From: Chrysomallon squamiferum
Lineage: Eukaryota > Animalia > Mollusca
Assembly (NCBI GenBank): GCA_012295275.1
Contig: CM022679.1
Coordinates: 29,512,001 to 29,576,000 of the forward strand
DNA length: 64,000 nucleotides
Reading direction: 5' to 3'
Every line of letters starts with the position of its first letter. The first letter of the stretch is position 1. Positions 1 through 14,526 of this stretch are shown piece after piece. The notes under the pieces are model-generated. The model made no database searches, had not been told where the DNA came from, and worked only from the letters and a program-made list of their open reading frames with translations. A program made the translations under genes and the position numbers.

Positions 1-286
1 CTTTAATTTAACTACATTCCACTACAAATATTAATCTTCTGTCTTATTCATTACGTCTTTCTGTTATTATATCATGTAATACTTCTGTAACGATGTTCTT
101 ATTTACTGAAATTATTATTATTATTAGGTTTACACCGTTCTTGCTTTTTTGTTCCGCAAAATCGGGTATACCCGATTACTTACATACAATGATACATATA
201 AATATAACTGGGAATTTCCAAAAATTTCCTAATAAAAGCGACATTGCTGTCTGGAAGCATTTCTGTGATCCGAATCAACACTGACA

Positions 287-1166
287 ATGATGCTTCTGAT
301 GTTGATGTTTCTACCGTTGTTTTTACTCGTGTCTGTTCTGGGATATTCTCTGCATCGAGAAAGGTAAGTTAATCGTAAATAGAAGACGTGAGCGTGTAAT
401 TGTACACATACACACACATACACTATATATGTGTCCGAGTGTGTGTATGTGTACACACACACATTCACACATGCATGAATTATATATATGTGTACGAGTG
501 TGAGTATAACTAGGTATCTATGTATGTATGGATGAAAGAGAGTGATTGCCTCAACTACTTTATATACTTTTCCCAAACCGCAAAAGAAAAAGTATTAGTG
601 TTAGGTAAATTCTTTCTTGGAAGAAAATAAGAAACATACTGTATGCTTCACTCTCTAAACACCAAACACAGCTGGTGTTGCTACCTGTTTAAAAAATATA
701 TACGTATTTTTAATATTTTTTAATATTTTTTTTTTTCGAGTCTTTACTGAGGTCTTGATCGTAGTTTAGGGGAAATTTTAGAAGGAAAGAAAGATAACTC
801 TGTCAGAACATTATTTTGCACCATCTTCTTCGCTCTGCATTATTATTATTATTGTTGTTGTCTAGATAAGTTCTCAGATTTTCGAGCTGTATAAGTAAAT
901 GTGTATGAATTCTGTACGAGATAGCTATTCAATTTTCATCTCGGTTTTACCTTTCTGAGGTGGCACACTCGCTATCTTTCGTTTGTTTGTTTTGTGTTGT
1001 TTTTTCTCTATAAACTGTTATTATTTTATGAGCTGACCAGAACGGATTTATACATTTGAATTTGTAGCAGTTATTTACCCGTTCCAGAAAATGATTTCCG
1101 ATTTGTTTATGATTTTATGTTAATGGGAAAGAGGATAATGTTAAGAGTATATGTATATATGTATGT

Positions 1167-1224
<58 letters not shown>

Positions 1225-1347
1225 TTGTGTGTATTTGTGTGAGAGTGTCATATATCTAAAACAAAAGAATGAAAAAAAAATCATGTTAAGATGAAGATAT
1301 TTCGTTTTATAATCTGATAACAGAAATAAGTGATTAAGATAAATAAC

Positions 1348-1394
<47 letters not shown>

Positions 1395-2373
1395 AATCAG
1401 AATTGACAAAATAATGCAAATACAATTTACTTTCCAAGTTGATGTGAACGACTGCGCTTCACGACAATCCGACCTTCTGTATGATTCACATTTTTGTATG
1501 ATTCACACCACGTGTTTATCTCTAAACTTATCTGCTGATGACACCCGTAAAACCCGTAATACCTATTTTTAAAAACGGGTATTGATTTACCACAGTTTAA
1601 TAATCACAATACTCGGCAGACACCCTATACACTGTTTTTATATGTTTATTCACATCACGTATTTACCTGTACACTGTTTTTATATGTTTATTCACATCAC
1701 GTATTTACCTGTACACTGTTTTTATATGTTTATTCACATCACGTATTTACCTGTACACTGTTTTTATATGTTTATTCACATCACGTATTTACCTGTACAC
1801 TGTTTTTATATGTTTATTCACATCACGTATTTACCTGTACACTGTTTTTATATGTTTATTCACACCAAGTATTTACCTGTACACTGTTTTTATATGTTTA
1901 TTCACATCACGTATTTACCTGTACACTGTTTTTATATGTTTATTCACATCACGTATTTACCTGTACACTGTTTTTATATGTTTATTCACATCACGTATTT
2001 ACCTGTACACTGTTTTTATATGTTTATTCACACCAAGTATTTACCTGTACACTGTTTTTATATGTTTATTCACACCACGTATTCACTGTCTATTCATAAT
2101 CCCGATATAGCTCTATGATCAATGTCTATTTTTAGAAACGGGTATTACAGTCTTCAAATTTTAATAACTATATAGACAATATTCGGCAGAAACTAAATTC
2201 TTTGTCTTTAATTTTTCTAAAACTTCTTGTCGTTGTTGTTGTTGTTGTTGCTGTTGTTGTTGTTTTCATTTCTTTACTTGAGATTAGTAATTATTGTTTG
2301 ACTACTACCTTTATTTTAATTTATATTTAAAGCTGGGGATGTGAGGATGAGTGTGTATGTGTGTGTGTGTGTA

Positions 2374-2440
<67 letters not shown>

Positions 2441-2945
2441 TGCAGACTGTTTGTATAAGCTGTATACAAAATAAAATGGAGTTACAGTTTAAACGTAGGA
2501 CGTATTCTAACACTATATCCTATATTTCTTTGCTGGTTCATTAGTTGACTCTTCAGTCTACTGGTTGGTTGAAGAACTGATAAAGTTTCTTTTTTCGTTT
2601 CAGAAATTTTAGGTGCTTTAAAGACTTGTGCACGTATGATGAGCAGTTCTGCAACTGGCAAGAACAACGCTGTCAGAACTGTGAAGACTTTTCAGACTAC
2701 TGCGGAGAACGAGAACAGCCGCAGAACTGTTCAGTGTACTGTGGCCGTAAGTTCTTTCTGAAATAAATCTTCATTTTACCTTACAACGTTTTTGGTTGCT
2801 TTGTGTAGGTTTTTTTGTTTGTTTGTTTTTCGTTTACTATATAAATAAACTGAGAAACTGAACTGATTTGAAATTAATGAAATAAAGTGAATGACTGTCT
2901 AACTGAATTCATCTAAATGAAAAAACGAATAATATTACCACAACA

Positions 2946-2999
<54 letters not shown>

Positions 3000-3150
3000 G
3001 CCAGTACTTCTACTACTACTGCTACTTTTATTATTACTACTACTATTACCATTCCTACTACTACCATTACCACTACTACTGCTGCTGCTATTACTACTAC
3101 TATTAATATTTAATTATAATTGTTTATTATTATTATTTTTATTATTAATA

Positions 3151-3209
<59 letters not shown>

Positions 3210-4154
3210 GTTATTATTATTATTATTATTTCCCAGATTTAAAAATATATTTCTATTTTCTAGAATTCTTGATTCAACAAACGTTGGATTCCTGCAGAGC
3301 TAACTGTTCAGGTGTGTACTTTAGAGTTCTTGACAAGCACGATTCAGTGAAACGTTTATTTTATTTTTATTTATTTTCACAGTAAAACGTTCAAACCATT
3401 TCTACCACTGCTGTTTTTCTAACCATTACAATGTTTGTTCTTTATTTTACTTTAAATCTTCACTTTAAGTTATCCTAAATCAGTTCATTGTTTTTGTATT
3501 TCAAATAACACAGTAACAACAACAACAACGATAACGACAACAATAACAATAATAATAATAATAATACAGATAACGATGATAATATTGAATTTATTGATGA
3601 AGATGATGATGATGATGATTGATGATTATTATGATGAAGAGCTGGATATGATGATGATAATGAATGAATGAATATGAAAATAATGAATGAATAAATAAAG
3701 AACAACATGACTAGATTTCTGTTAATTCTTTGAATAATTATAATTTTAAAAATCAATAACATTAATAACAGCATCAGTGACATCAATATAAAAGTATGAA
3801 TGAATGAATGTATGAATAAATGAATGACTGTATGAATGAATAAATAAATGTATGAATCAATGTATGAATAAATGAATAAATGAGAAGGGACCCTGAAATA
3901 CGCATTATCACTAATTTCATAATTATGAACTTTTAAACAGATATTTCATTTAAAATTTTAAAAACTATTCTATTTTTGCTTTTTTCTTAGAACAAACACC
4001 ACATCCAACGACATCGTCATCAACGTCAACAAAGACCGCAACGCCCACAACACCCACAAAAGGTATGTATCAATAATTTGTGCTTGTCTGTCTGTCTATC
4101 TATCTGTCTTTCTGTCTATCTATCTAAATGTCTGTCTGTCTGTCTATCTATTTA

Positions 4155-4194
<40 letters not shown>

Positions 4195-4475
4195 TCTGTC
4201 TTTCTGTCTGCCTATCTATCTATTTCTCAGCCTGTCAGTCAGTCTATCTATTTGTCTGTCTGTCTGTTTATCGACCAATCTATGTCTGTCTCTCTGTTTA
4301 TCCATTTGCATGTCTCTCTCTATCTGTCTATCTCTCTGCCTGTCTGTCTATCTGTCCGTCCGTCTGTGTGTCTGTCTCTCTATCTATCTTTCTTTCTATC
4401 TATCTATATATATGGGGTTTTTTGTCTGTCTATTATTTTATCTGCCTTCTGTCTTTCTCTCTATCAGTCTATATA

Positions 4476-4506
<31 letters not shown>

Positions 4507-4757
4507 TTATTTCTGTGTATCTATCAATATATCTCTTTTATCTACTTATTTTTTTTTATTTACTTATTTAATAATTTATTTACAGTGTTCTTTTGACGAC
4601 TTACTATTATTATTATTATTTATAATTTTAATTATTGTCAGTTAATCACATAATACTTTTAATTTATATATAAATTAATTTATTAATTTACTTACTGATA
4701 TTTGTGGATTACCCTTCTTTCAGATATTAAAAAAAAAAATAAAAAAAAAAATAAAAA

Positions 4758-4793
<36 letters not shown>

Positions 4794-5270
4794 AATAAAT
4801 AAAAATACAAATCTAACAATACAATGATTATTTAATACGTACTGTTAAAATGTGATGAAATATCATTACAGAAATAATTAAATTATTTATTTATATCCTC
4901 TAATGGATCTAAATTGAAGACTTTGCTTTATTCTCAGATATTTTCACAGAACGCACCGAAGAACATGTCGAAGATAACCAGCTTCTCATAGGCATAGTCA
5001 CAGTCATTGGCGTAACCTCCTTCATAGGTGTCAGTTTTCTGCTGTGCTATCTCTTCAAGAGGAGATTCCCGGATATGCTGAAAAACGACAAAACTACAAA
5101 TTCAAGAAAAAACCGCGAAGAAACAGTTCCCCTTCAAAGTGAGTTAATGTATTATCATTTATTTGTTTATTTATTTATTTACTTATTTATTTATTTGTCT
5201 CTTTGTTTGTTTGTTTGTTTGTTTATTTATTTACTTATTTACTTATTTATTTATTTACTTACTTACTTAC

Positions 5271-5302
<32 letters not shown>

Positions 5303-5436
5303 TTATTTATTAATTTGTCTCTTTCTTTCTTTGTTTATTATTTCATTTTATTTGTTAGATTGTTTATTTATTTGCTTGGTTATTTGTTTATTTATTTATT
5401 TGTTTCCTTATTTATTTATTTATTTATTTATTTGTA

Positions 5437-5488
<52 letters not shown>

Positions 5489-6152
5489 TAAATAAAAATA
5501 AAATTATTTAAAGAATGTTGTGTGGGTTTTGTGTACTTATTTTATCTCACTTCTATGAGAGATACACTGACACTGAGTATTCACTCGTACGTGTGTATTG
5601 TTTGTATATAAAGCACGTGTACACAAACACACATCCGCACACAAACAATTCACCAACACGACAAAGTAACTCGTCATCATTCCCGCATTAATCATGTGTC
5701 TATTTATGTTTTAATCCTGTGTATATTTATGTTTTGTGTATGTAGGTTGTATGTAGGTGTGTATGTAGGTGTGTATGTAGGTGTATCTGTACACACACAA
5801 AAACAGAGACGAACACCAGACGAACACCAGACACACATAAAAAACACGTGCAGAAAAAAAGAAAAAAAAATGACCCTTCGTATTTAATATGGCTTGAAAA
5901 TGCAGTATACTTATATATATCTATGTCTATATCTATATCTATGTTAGAAAAAAGTCAGTGTTAATTTACAAATTTACAGATAAAGGACCAGACAACGGGA
6001 ATAAGGAAACTGTGGAGCCCAAACGTGCAGTCCGTGAAACTGAAAGTTCTGAACGAGCGACTGAACGAGAAGAAAATCTACATCGAAACGACCCCTGGAA
6101 AGGTGTTAGCCCGACCAGCCCTGCCGGAAAATCTGTTCTCCTTCTAAGTTAA
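287..6152 (+). CDS. Single-CRD TNFR-like (Grindelwald/TACI-type) type-I membrane receptor, array copy 1, 237 aa
   Basis: Six in-phase GT-AG exons totalling 714 nt. 287-363 signal peptide MMLLMLMFLPLFLLVSVLG; 2604-2746 CFKDLCTYDEQFCNWQEQRCQNCEDFSDYCGEREQPQNCSVYC; 3264-3311 FLIQQTLDSCRANCS; 3991-4062 Thr/Ser/Pro stalk; 4938-5138 TM LLIGIVTVIGVTSFIGVSFLLCYLF then KRR (alternative in-frame acceptor at 4950); 5980-6152 tail and TAA. Family call from Cys spacing. Confidence 0.85.
1628..2082. repeat. 42-bp minisatellite, ~11 copies, in copy-1 intron 1
   Basis: Unit GTACACTGTTTTTATATGTTTATTCACATCACGTATTTACCT, seen as the 14-aa repeat in ORF 1582..2118. Confidence 0.95.
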
Positions 6153-6427
6153 CTGTTTTAGTCTGAATGTCTGTGTGTCTGTGTGTCTGTGTGTCTGTAT
6201 GTCTGTCTATGCAGGATCTATGAGAGGGGGGATCCACCCATCCTCCCTTGAGACCAATCACGTTCTGCTACCCTCAGCCCGACATGTTGACATTCACACA
6301 CACAAACATCACTATAGCTACCAAACCAGCTTACTTATGTTTATTAGTAGTTTTAGCAATTTGCCTGCTTCGGGAGTCCTAAGATTTCATCACTACTTAC
6401 TAATCTGAATGCACTTCAGTGTTTTCA

Positions 6428-6531
6428 AACTAACTTTCAGTTTGGGGAACTTAAAACCATTCACGAATTAAAACTAATGTCTTCAGTTAATAAATGTCAT
6501 TATAGATGTATGTGTGTGTGTGTGTTTTGTG

Positions 6532-6607
<76 letters not shown>

Positions 6608-6951
6608 CCTACAGGGTATTTGTATAAGCTGTATATAAAATAAAATGGAAAAATAAAATTCTCAAATATCTTCAGGTATTTCGGAAAAATCCGGTATTCG
6701 AACATTTTACTCTAGTTAGTAAATTTAATTTTTTTTTTTTTTTTTTTTTTTTAATTTAATTTCATTTTTTTCATTTTAATTTCTACTTTTTCTGGATCAC
6801 ACCAAACCAGAAATCTTCATCCGCATTTTAAAATTTCACATATAAATGTAACTTTGAATCTGTAATATGCTTTCAATCTAACTTTCACTTTGGGGAACTT
6901 AAAACCATGCACAAATTAAAACTAATGTCTTTCATGAATAAATATTTATAG

Positions 6952-7001
<50 letters not shown>

Positions 7002-7270
7002 CCTACAGACTATTTGTATAAGCTGTATGTAAAATAAAATGGAAAAATAGAATTTAAACTCAAACTATATCTTCAGGCATTTCTTCGTTTTCGAACATTT
7101 TACTCTAGTGAGGAAATTTATTTATTTATTTATTTTTTTAATTTAATTTAATTTTTTTCATTTTAATTTCTACTTCTTCTGGATCATACCAAAGCAGCAA
7201 TCTTCATCCGCATTTTAAAATTTTACATATAAATGTAAACTTTGAATCTATAAAATGCTTTCTGTTTATA
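6428..7270. repeat. Local tandem duplication (~0.4 kb x2) downstream of copy 1
   Basis: The block AACTTTCA.TTTGGGGAACTTAAAACCAT, (TG)n, AATCCTACAG ... TTGAATCT occurs at ~6430-6870 and again at ~6880-7270. Confidence 0.85.
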
Positions 7271-7837
7271 TTTTTAAAAATCTATTTTATTTTGCTTCAA
7301 TTTATTTTATTTTATTTTGCTTCAATTTATTTTATTTTATTTTGTTTCAATTTATTTTATTTTATTTTGCTTCAGTTTATTTTATTTCATTTCATTTCAT
7401 TGTTTAAACTGCTTACAATAAAATGAGTTTGCATAAAATTGTGTTGTCTAACTTGTGTCGATCACATATAAAAATATCATTTAACAACTTTGGAAGTTTA
7501 CTTTTAAAACACACACGCACACACACACACACACACACACACTCACATCACACAAACCCCATACACACACGCGCGCACTTGCGCGCGCAGTGTTGCACAT
7601 GCATGCATCACACAGATAAACACGGTAAAACTTTCTCTTCCATTTCTCAAAAACAGACTTCTTACGTTTACAAGTAGAGCAAAGAAAATCAAAGGGAAGC
7701 AATCCATCGCGCTCTATAATCTAGCGATTTGAGTATTTGCTCACTGTTAACAACATCGCAACTTTAAACAAATAACATATACAGTACGTATTACGTCATT
7801 ATTATAGTTCAGACAATGTTATGCATTGTATACTGTT

Positions 7838-7895
<58 letters not shown>

Positions 7896-8037
7896 CAGAC
7901 TGTTTGTATAAGCTGTATATAAAATAAAATGAGGTTAGAATTTAAACTTAGAACCTATTCTTACACTATATTCTCAGGTATTTCGGGTAAAGGATTCTCA
8001 GCCTCACAATATATTTATTAATTGTAAATAATAGTGA

Positions 8038-8077
<40 letters not shown>

Positions 8078-8360
8078 GTGTGTGTGTGTGTGTGTCTATG
8101 ATCGTGTAAGTATGCTTTCATGCACTGTTTCTAGAATGGTTGGTAAAAACAAAAGATTTAATTGAAGTAACATGGTTTCAGGAGTCAAAAGGAATAAAAC
8201 AAAACAACAACAGCAACAGCAATAACAACAACAGTAATAATAATAATAATAATAATAATAATAGTAATAATAGTGAAAATAATTAGTTTTAAATTTGAGT
8301 GATTTTTATCCCGTTTCCAGGACAAAGCAGATCATGCATTTTCTTCCCCTCCCCAATTTT

Positions 8361-8462
<102 letters not shown>

Positions 8463-8836
8463 ATATATGGTCACAGACATACAAATTCTATCCTACGTAT
8501 GTCACCATCTTACTACATGTTTGTATATTATATATTTCAGTATACCACTGAATACTTTAATTTAACTACATTCCACTACAAATATTACTCTTCTGTCTTA
8601 TATATTTCAATACGTCCTTCTGTTATTATATCACGTAATACTTCTGTAACGATGTTCTTATTTACTGAAATTATTATTATTATTAGGCTTTCACCGCTTT
8701 TGTTTTTTGTTCGGTATGTAGCCTTCACCCAGTTAATTGCGCCAGCTTTGTCTAAATATAACTTAGAATTTCCCTGACGCTGGCGGGCAGGAAGACATTG
8801 TATTGACTAGAAGCAATTTCTATTAACAGAAACAAA

Positions 8837-9997
8837 ATGACATCGAAGACAGTGATGTTGATGTTTTTGCTGTTCTCTCCGATCGTATCTGTTCTGGGAT
8901 ATTCTCGGAATTCAGAAAGGTAAATTAACTGTAAAGACAAACGAAATAAAGGTACAAATAGGTGTGTGGGTGTGTCGAGATATAATTAACAAATTCATAT
9001 ATACAAAACAAAAGAATGAAAAAAAAATCATGTTAAGATGAAGATGTTTCGTTTTATAATCTGATAACAGAAATAAGTGATTAATGTTATTACAAAATAC
9101 ATAAAAAGATACTTTTTATATGCTTATTCACACCATGTATTTACCCAGTTAATGTCTATTTTTAGAAACGGGTATTACAGTCTTAAAATTTTAATAATTG
9201 TTGATTTTTTTGTTTTTTCTTTTATGTTTACTTGAGTTCAGTAATTACTGTTTGGTTATCTTTATTTTAATTTATATTTAAAACTGGGTTTTTCCAAAAA
9301 GCAATACTATAAATAACGTACAATAAATGAATAAATAAATAGAAAAATATTTTTAAAAAATATTTAAAAAAATAAATAAATAAATAAATAAAAAATCCAA
9401 AAACAGGTAGATGAAACAAAAAAACAAAAAAACAAAATAATTGGCGATAAGATACACATGTGTTCATTCATACTCACACACACACGCACATTCACGTGAT
9501 GTTTTGCTGGTGTCATCTGCTTCACTGAACGATCAACACATCGGTAGACTGAATTACTGGTTTGTCTTCTGGTTCATTAGTTGACTCTTCAGTCTACTGG
9601 TTGGTTGAAGAACTGATAAAGTTTCTTTTTTCGTTTCAGATATTTTAGATGTTATAAAGACTTGTGCACATATGATGACCAGTTCTGCTTTGTTCAAGAA
9701 CAACGCTGTCAGAACTGTGAAGACTTTTCAGACTACTGCGGAAAACGAGAACAGCCGAACAACTGTTCTGTGTTCTGTGGAAGTAAGTTCTGAGAAACTG
9801 AACTGATTTGAACTTAATGAAATAAAGTGAATGACTGTCTAACTGAATTCAACGAAATGAAATAAGTCATCTGAAAAAAGTGACTGACTAAAGAGAACAA
9901 ATAATATTACTATTGCGCTGCCGCCATTATTTCAACTACTATTACCATTACATTACTACTGCTACTATTATTATTGTTGTTGTTGTGTTTATTGTTG

Positions 9998-10031
<34 letters not shown>

Positions 10032-10560
10032 GATTATTATTATTTCGCAGATTTAAAAATATATTTCTATTTTCTAGAATTCTTGATTCAACAAACGTTG
10101 GTTTCCTGCAGAGCTAACTGTTCAGGTGTGTACTTTAGAGTTCTTGACAAGCACGATTCAGTGAAACGTTTATTTTATTTTTATTTATTTTCACAGTAAA
10201 ACGTTGAAACCATTTCTACTATTGCTGCTATTCTAACCATTACATTGTTTGTTCATTTTATAGCAAAACTATTTTACTTTAAATCTTCGTAAACCTATAT
10301 CCCTGTGGATTTTCTTCTTTAAAATAATAAAAAATAATAATAATAGATTTAAAAAAAATATATATAGAAATAAAAATTCAAAACATACAATGGTTACCTA
10401 GTGTTAAAATGTAATGAAATATCATTAAATAATAATTAAATTATTTGTCTGACTTTCTGTCTGTCTGTCTATCGATCTGTATCTATCTATATGTCTCTAT
10501 TTATCTACTTTTTTTTAATTCTTTACTTATATATAAATTTATTTACAATGCTCTTTTGAC

Positions 10561-10605
<45 letters not shown>

Positions 10606-12133
10606 ATTTTAATTACTGTCAGTTAATCACATAATACTTTTAATTTATATTTTTGATTAATTTATTAATTTTACTTACTGATTTTTGTGGATTTTCTTCT
10701 TTCAAATGTAAAATAATAATAATAATAATTAAAATATATATATATACAAAATTAAAAATTAGAAAATACAATGATTATCTACTTTTAAAATGTGATGAAA
10801 TATCATTAAAATAATAATGAAAAGTATTTTTTTATATCCTGTAATGTTTCTGAAACGGAAATTTTGCTTTATTCTCACTGAACATCTAAAATATTTTCAC
10901 ATAACGCAATGAAGAATGTGTTCAAGCTACAAAATCTCTCATAGGCGTTGGCATAGGCTTAGTTATAGGCATTGGCATATTCATAGGCATAACGTTGACA
11001 CTACAGATTAGACAAGAAATTCTGGAATACTGGAAGAACTTCAAAAGCAGGACAAAACCGTAAAGAAACACCTAGGCTTGAAAATAAGTAAAAATGTGTC
11101 ATTATTTTAATGCTATCATTTATTTATTTATTTGTTTAGTTTATTTATTTATTTATTTTATTTTATTTTATTTGTTTATTTGCTTGGTTATTTATTTATT
11201 TTTTTCTTTATTTTTTTCTTTCTTTTTTCTTCTTCTTAATATTTAAATAAAATATTATTTACTCGACTTACGAGTTTTTCGACTTAAGAACAGTCACCTG
11301 GATGATTTTTTGCTTTGAGTTGCGAGCCAAAATCCGAGTTACGAGCTAGCTTCAATTATGCCGCCGCTAGTTGGCGCAACGAACATCGCAACATCCGCCT
11401 AGCATCCCGTGTCTCACTCGTTTACTTGACGTTGTTACATCGCCGCAGAAACATCTCCGTTGTGTTGTGCTCGCGTTTTGTTCAGTATTTCACGGAAAAC
11501 TGAAGCCGAAGGAGTCGATAAAGGCTGTAACTCCAGCCAAAGGCGTTAAAATAATTTGTCTGATCTCCAAGATAAATGCACTTTACAAAACCAATGTATT
11601 TCTTTACATTCTCTTTTACTGTGTATTCACTCGTATGTGTGTATTGTTTCTACATAAAGCACGCACAAACACACACACACACGGAGACACACACATATAT
11701 ACATACCCTTTTAACCAACACACTAGCACAACAAACAAACAAAAAATAATAATAATAACGCTTTATTACTCCCACATTAATTAAGTGTACATTTATGTTT
11801 TTACATTCGTTGGTGCGTATGTAGGTGTATCTTTACACATACACATCAAAAACATATGCGGAAACATACAAAAGGAAAAAAAAAAAAAAAAAAAAAAAAA
11901 AAAGGAAACCTACGTACTTAATACTGGAATGAAAATGCAATGCTTATTTATTTTATTTAACTATAATTTTAAAATATATATATATATATATTAAATATAA
12001 TTTTATTTTAAATTTTACAGGGAATGAACCGGACAACGGCAATGAGGAACACGAACCTGTACAAGAACAAAACATAAATCAAAACAAACCGTGGCAAGCT
12101 GTCATCCCGACCAACAATCTTGTTGCAGGTTAA
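8837..12133 (+). CDS. Receptor array copy 2 with damaged TM exon (soluble or tailless decoy, or pseudogene)
   Basis: Intact exons 8837-8919 (signal peptide), 9640-9782 (CRD), 10078-10125 and 12021-12133 (tail, TAA). No stalk exon. The TM exon (~10903-11083) has its acceptor changed CAG>CAT (10900-10902), its donor changed GTAAGT>ATAAGT (11084) and a frameshift giving TAA at 11061-11063. Confidence 0.7.
11261..11625 (+). mobile_element. More deleted relative of the same Tigger-like family in a copy-2 intron
   Basis: Shares CGACTTACGAG, GATTTTTTGCTTTGAGTTGCGAGCC, CCCGTGTCTCACTCGTTTACTT and CTGAAGCCGAAGGAGTCGATAAAGGC..GTTAAAATAATT with the 12.7 and 23.5 kb copies. Confidence 0.7.
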
Positions 12134-12681
12134 ATGTGTTCAGGGATTCAATACTCTTTTCTATGCAGTGAGACGTGACCAGTGTGTAACAATCTCGTGA
12201 TATTATTCCTAAAAAGTATATATCATAAATCGTTTGCATGATACACTCTGTGTAATTTTCTTGGTTATACCAATAATTTGTTTTGCTCTAGTGCGTTTTT
12301 AATTAATGAACTGCCACGTGACTGGGAACACTGAAATGCAGGTACCAAACTGAGGCTAGTGTCATGTTCTCTGTTCGGTATTACATTTTCAACTCGTCTG
12401 TTAAAGTCTACGTGTTTTTTGTATAAGAAAACAAAAAACAAAAAACAGAGTTATGACGTCTTTTTGTTATAGTGTACTGTCACCCATTGTTCATTACGTA
12501 ACACAACACGGAAGTAACGTAAGACCTATTGAGGATCAGTTATCTGAGAAGCACCGAATTCCGAAAAGCTCCGAAAAGCTTCGAAAAACTCCGAAACTGT
12601 TTCTGAGGAATAGAAAATAGTTGTATGTTACAGGTTACAGATTGTTTTCCATATATACACACACACACATACACACACATA

Positions 12682-13376
12682 CAGTGGTACTTCTACTTAC
12701 GAGTGCCCATCTTATGAGTGTTTCGAGTTACGAGCAGCAACCCGGGCGATTTTTTGCTTTGAGTGGCGAGCCGCTGACTGGTGCAACTAACAACACAACA
12801 TCCGCCCAGCTTCCCGCGTCTCACTCGTTTACTTCAGCCGGTTACCTCGCCGTGGAAACATCTCTGTTGTGTTGTGCACGCGTTTACTCAGTACTTTGCC
12901 AAAAAAAAAAAATTTCTGACCATGGATCCTAAGAAAGTGAGTGCAGCAAAGGACAGTGCTGAGAAGAAGAAGCAGATGATGTCCACTGATTTAAAGCTTG
13001 AATTCACAGAGAAACAAGAGCGAGGTGTGCACGTAGTCGACTTGGCTGGGCACTATCAGTGTAGTACTTCTACCATTTTGAAGCTGAAGGAAATCAAAGC
13101 CGTTAAAATAATTTTGTCTGACCTCCACGATAAATACACTTCACAAAACGAATTTATTTCTTTATATTCCGTTTTATTTTGTTTTTAGGCAATTTTTGTC
13201 ATTTATAAATACATTTTTCTTATTTAAAAATACGTAACAAAAAAAAACAACAAAAAATGGTGGGCTGGAACGGATTAATGGTATTTCTGTTAAATTCAGT
13301 TGGGAAATTTGATTTGATATACGAGCAAATTGAGATACGAGCTCGGTCACGGAATGAATTAAACTCGTAAGTCAAG
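12682..13376 (+). mobile_element. Internally deleted Tigger/pogo-type DNA transposon
   Basis: Left end TA|CAGTGGTACTTCTACTTACGAG and partial inverted right end ACTCGTAAGTCAAG. Internal 12923-13110 encodes MDPKKVSAAKDSAEKKKQMMSTDLKLEFTEKQERGVHVVDLAGHYQCSTSTILK, resembling the N-terminal HTH of Tigger/CENP-B transposases. No DDE domain. Confidence 0.8.
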
Positions 13377-14010
13377 ATAGAGATATCTTGCATTCTGTTT
13401 ATATAAGCTCTATATGAAATATAAATGAAATTAGATAAAATACACGATATACACAAAGTATCTATTAATAGTAATTTATTATTTACATCTAACGAACACA
13501 ATTATAAGGAAACCTCGTTTAAAACCACCGACATGGCCACGCCCAAAATATAAACTGTTCCACTTAAGTAGAAACTCTTGTTTTTTGTGTGTAATATATT
13601 CCCACAAATACGCTAATTCTAGATAGACTGGCTTCTGTTGGTATGCGTTTCGCTCTTTGGTTGAGTTAACACAAACAAAAAATACAAAGAATGTTTATTT
13701 TTAAAAAGACTATAGCACCATCTTTAGGTGTTTTTAGTTTTAAAATTATTATGATGATTTTTATTACTATTTAAAATAAATAGCTTAATAAAATAAATTA
13801 ATAATAACAACAACAACAACAACAACACTAATACTGTGGTCTCGTTCACGTGAAGATAACCGGAAGATTTTCTGCAACCGGATGTCGAGTATGAAAACCC
13901 AATGATTCATATACAGTCCTAGCTTTATCTGAATGTTACGGGGAATTCCCATTATACTGGACGCCATTATAGTGACGAAGCCATTTTTGTTAACTGAAAC
14001 AAAACTGACA

Positions 14011-14255
14011 ATGACACTTGTGTTTGTGATTCTTCTATGTTTTTCGATCGTACCTGGATTGGGAATTTCTCAGAGTTCAAAAAAGTAAGTTAATCGTAAA
14101 CAAGAACAAAAAAAGAAAAAGAAAAAAGGATATGTTTACAGAAGACTCGATGTATGTGTGTGTGGGTGTCTTTGTGTGTATTTGTATATGTGTGTGTGTT
14201 TGTATATGTGTGTGTGTTTGTGTGTGTATCTGTCTGTGTGTGTAAGTATGTTTGA

Positions 14256-14341
<86 letters not shown>

Positions 14342-14494
14342 TAGACAGACAGACAGACAGAGGGCCGCAACAAACCAAAATTAAAGACTATATTAGTTTT
14401 AGCAAAATTCTTTGTGGATCTATCGTGAAATAGTCAACCTTTGACATAAAATGTATGCTTATATGTAATGTTTGTAATAATTATAATGATGATG

Positions 14495-14526
<32 letters not shown>

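Noticed and set aside
1582-2118. 178-aa repeat ORF or CRISPR-like array
   Set aside because: Head-to-tail 42-bp units with no unique spacers, inside a eukaryotic intron. The ORF is a by-product of a stop-free unit.
2917-5441. Poly-Leu and LSVCLS/FIYL ORFs resembling membrane proteins, with similar ones across the window
   Set aside because: Translations of (TAC)n, (TTA)n, (TCTG)n and (TTTA)n microsatellites in introns.
7570-7587. GC-rich hairpin CGCGCGCA-CT-TGCGCGCG as a terminator or Helitron end
   Set aside because: Embedded in a CA/CG dinucleotide tract, with no CTRR end or other supporting structure.
12781-13188. Functional transposase or domesticated CENP-B/TIGD gene
   Set aside because: Only ~60 codons of the N-terminal HTH remain, with no catalytic domain.
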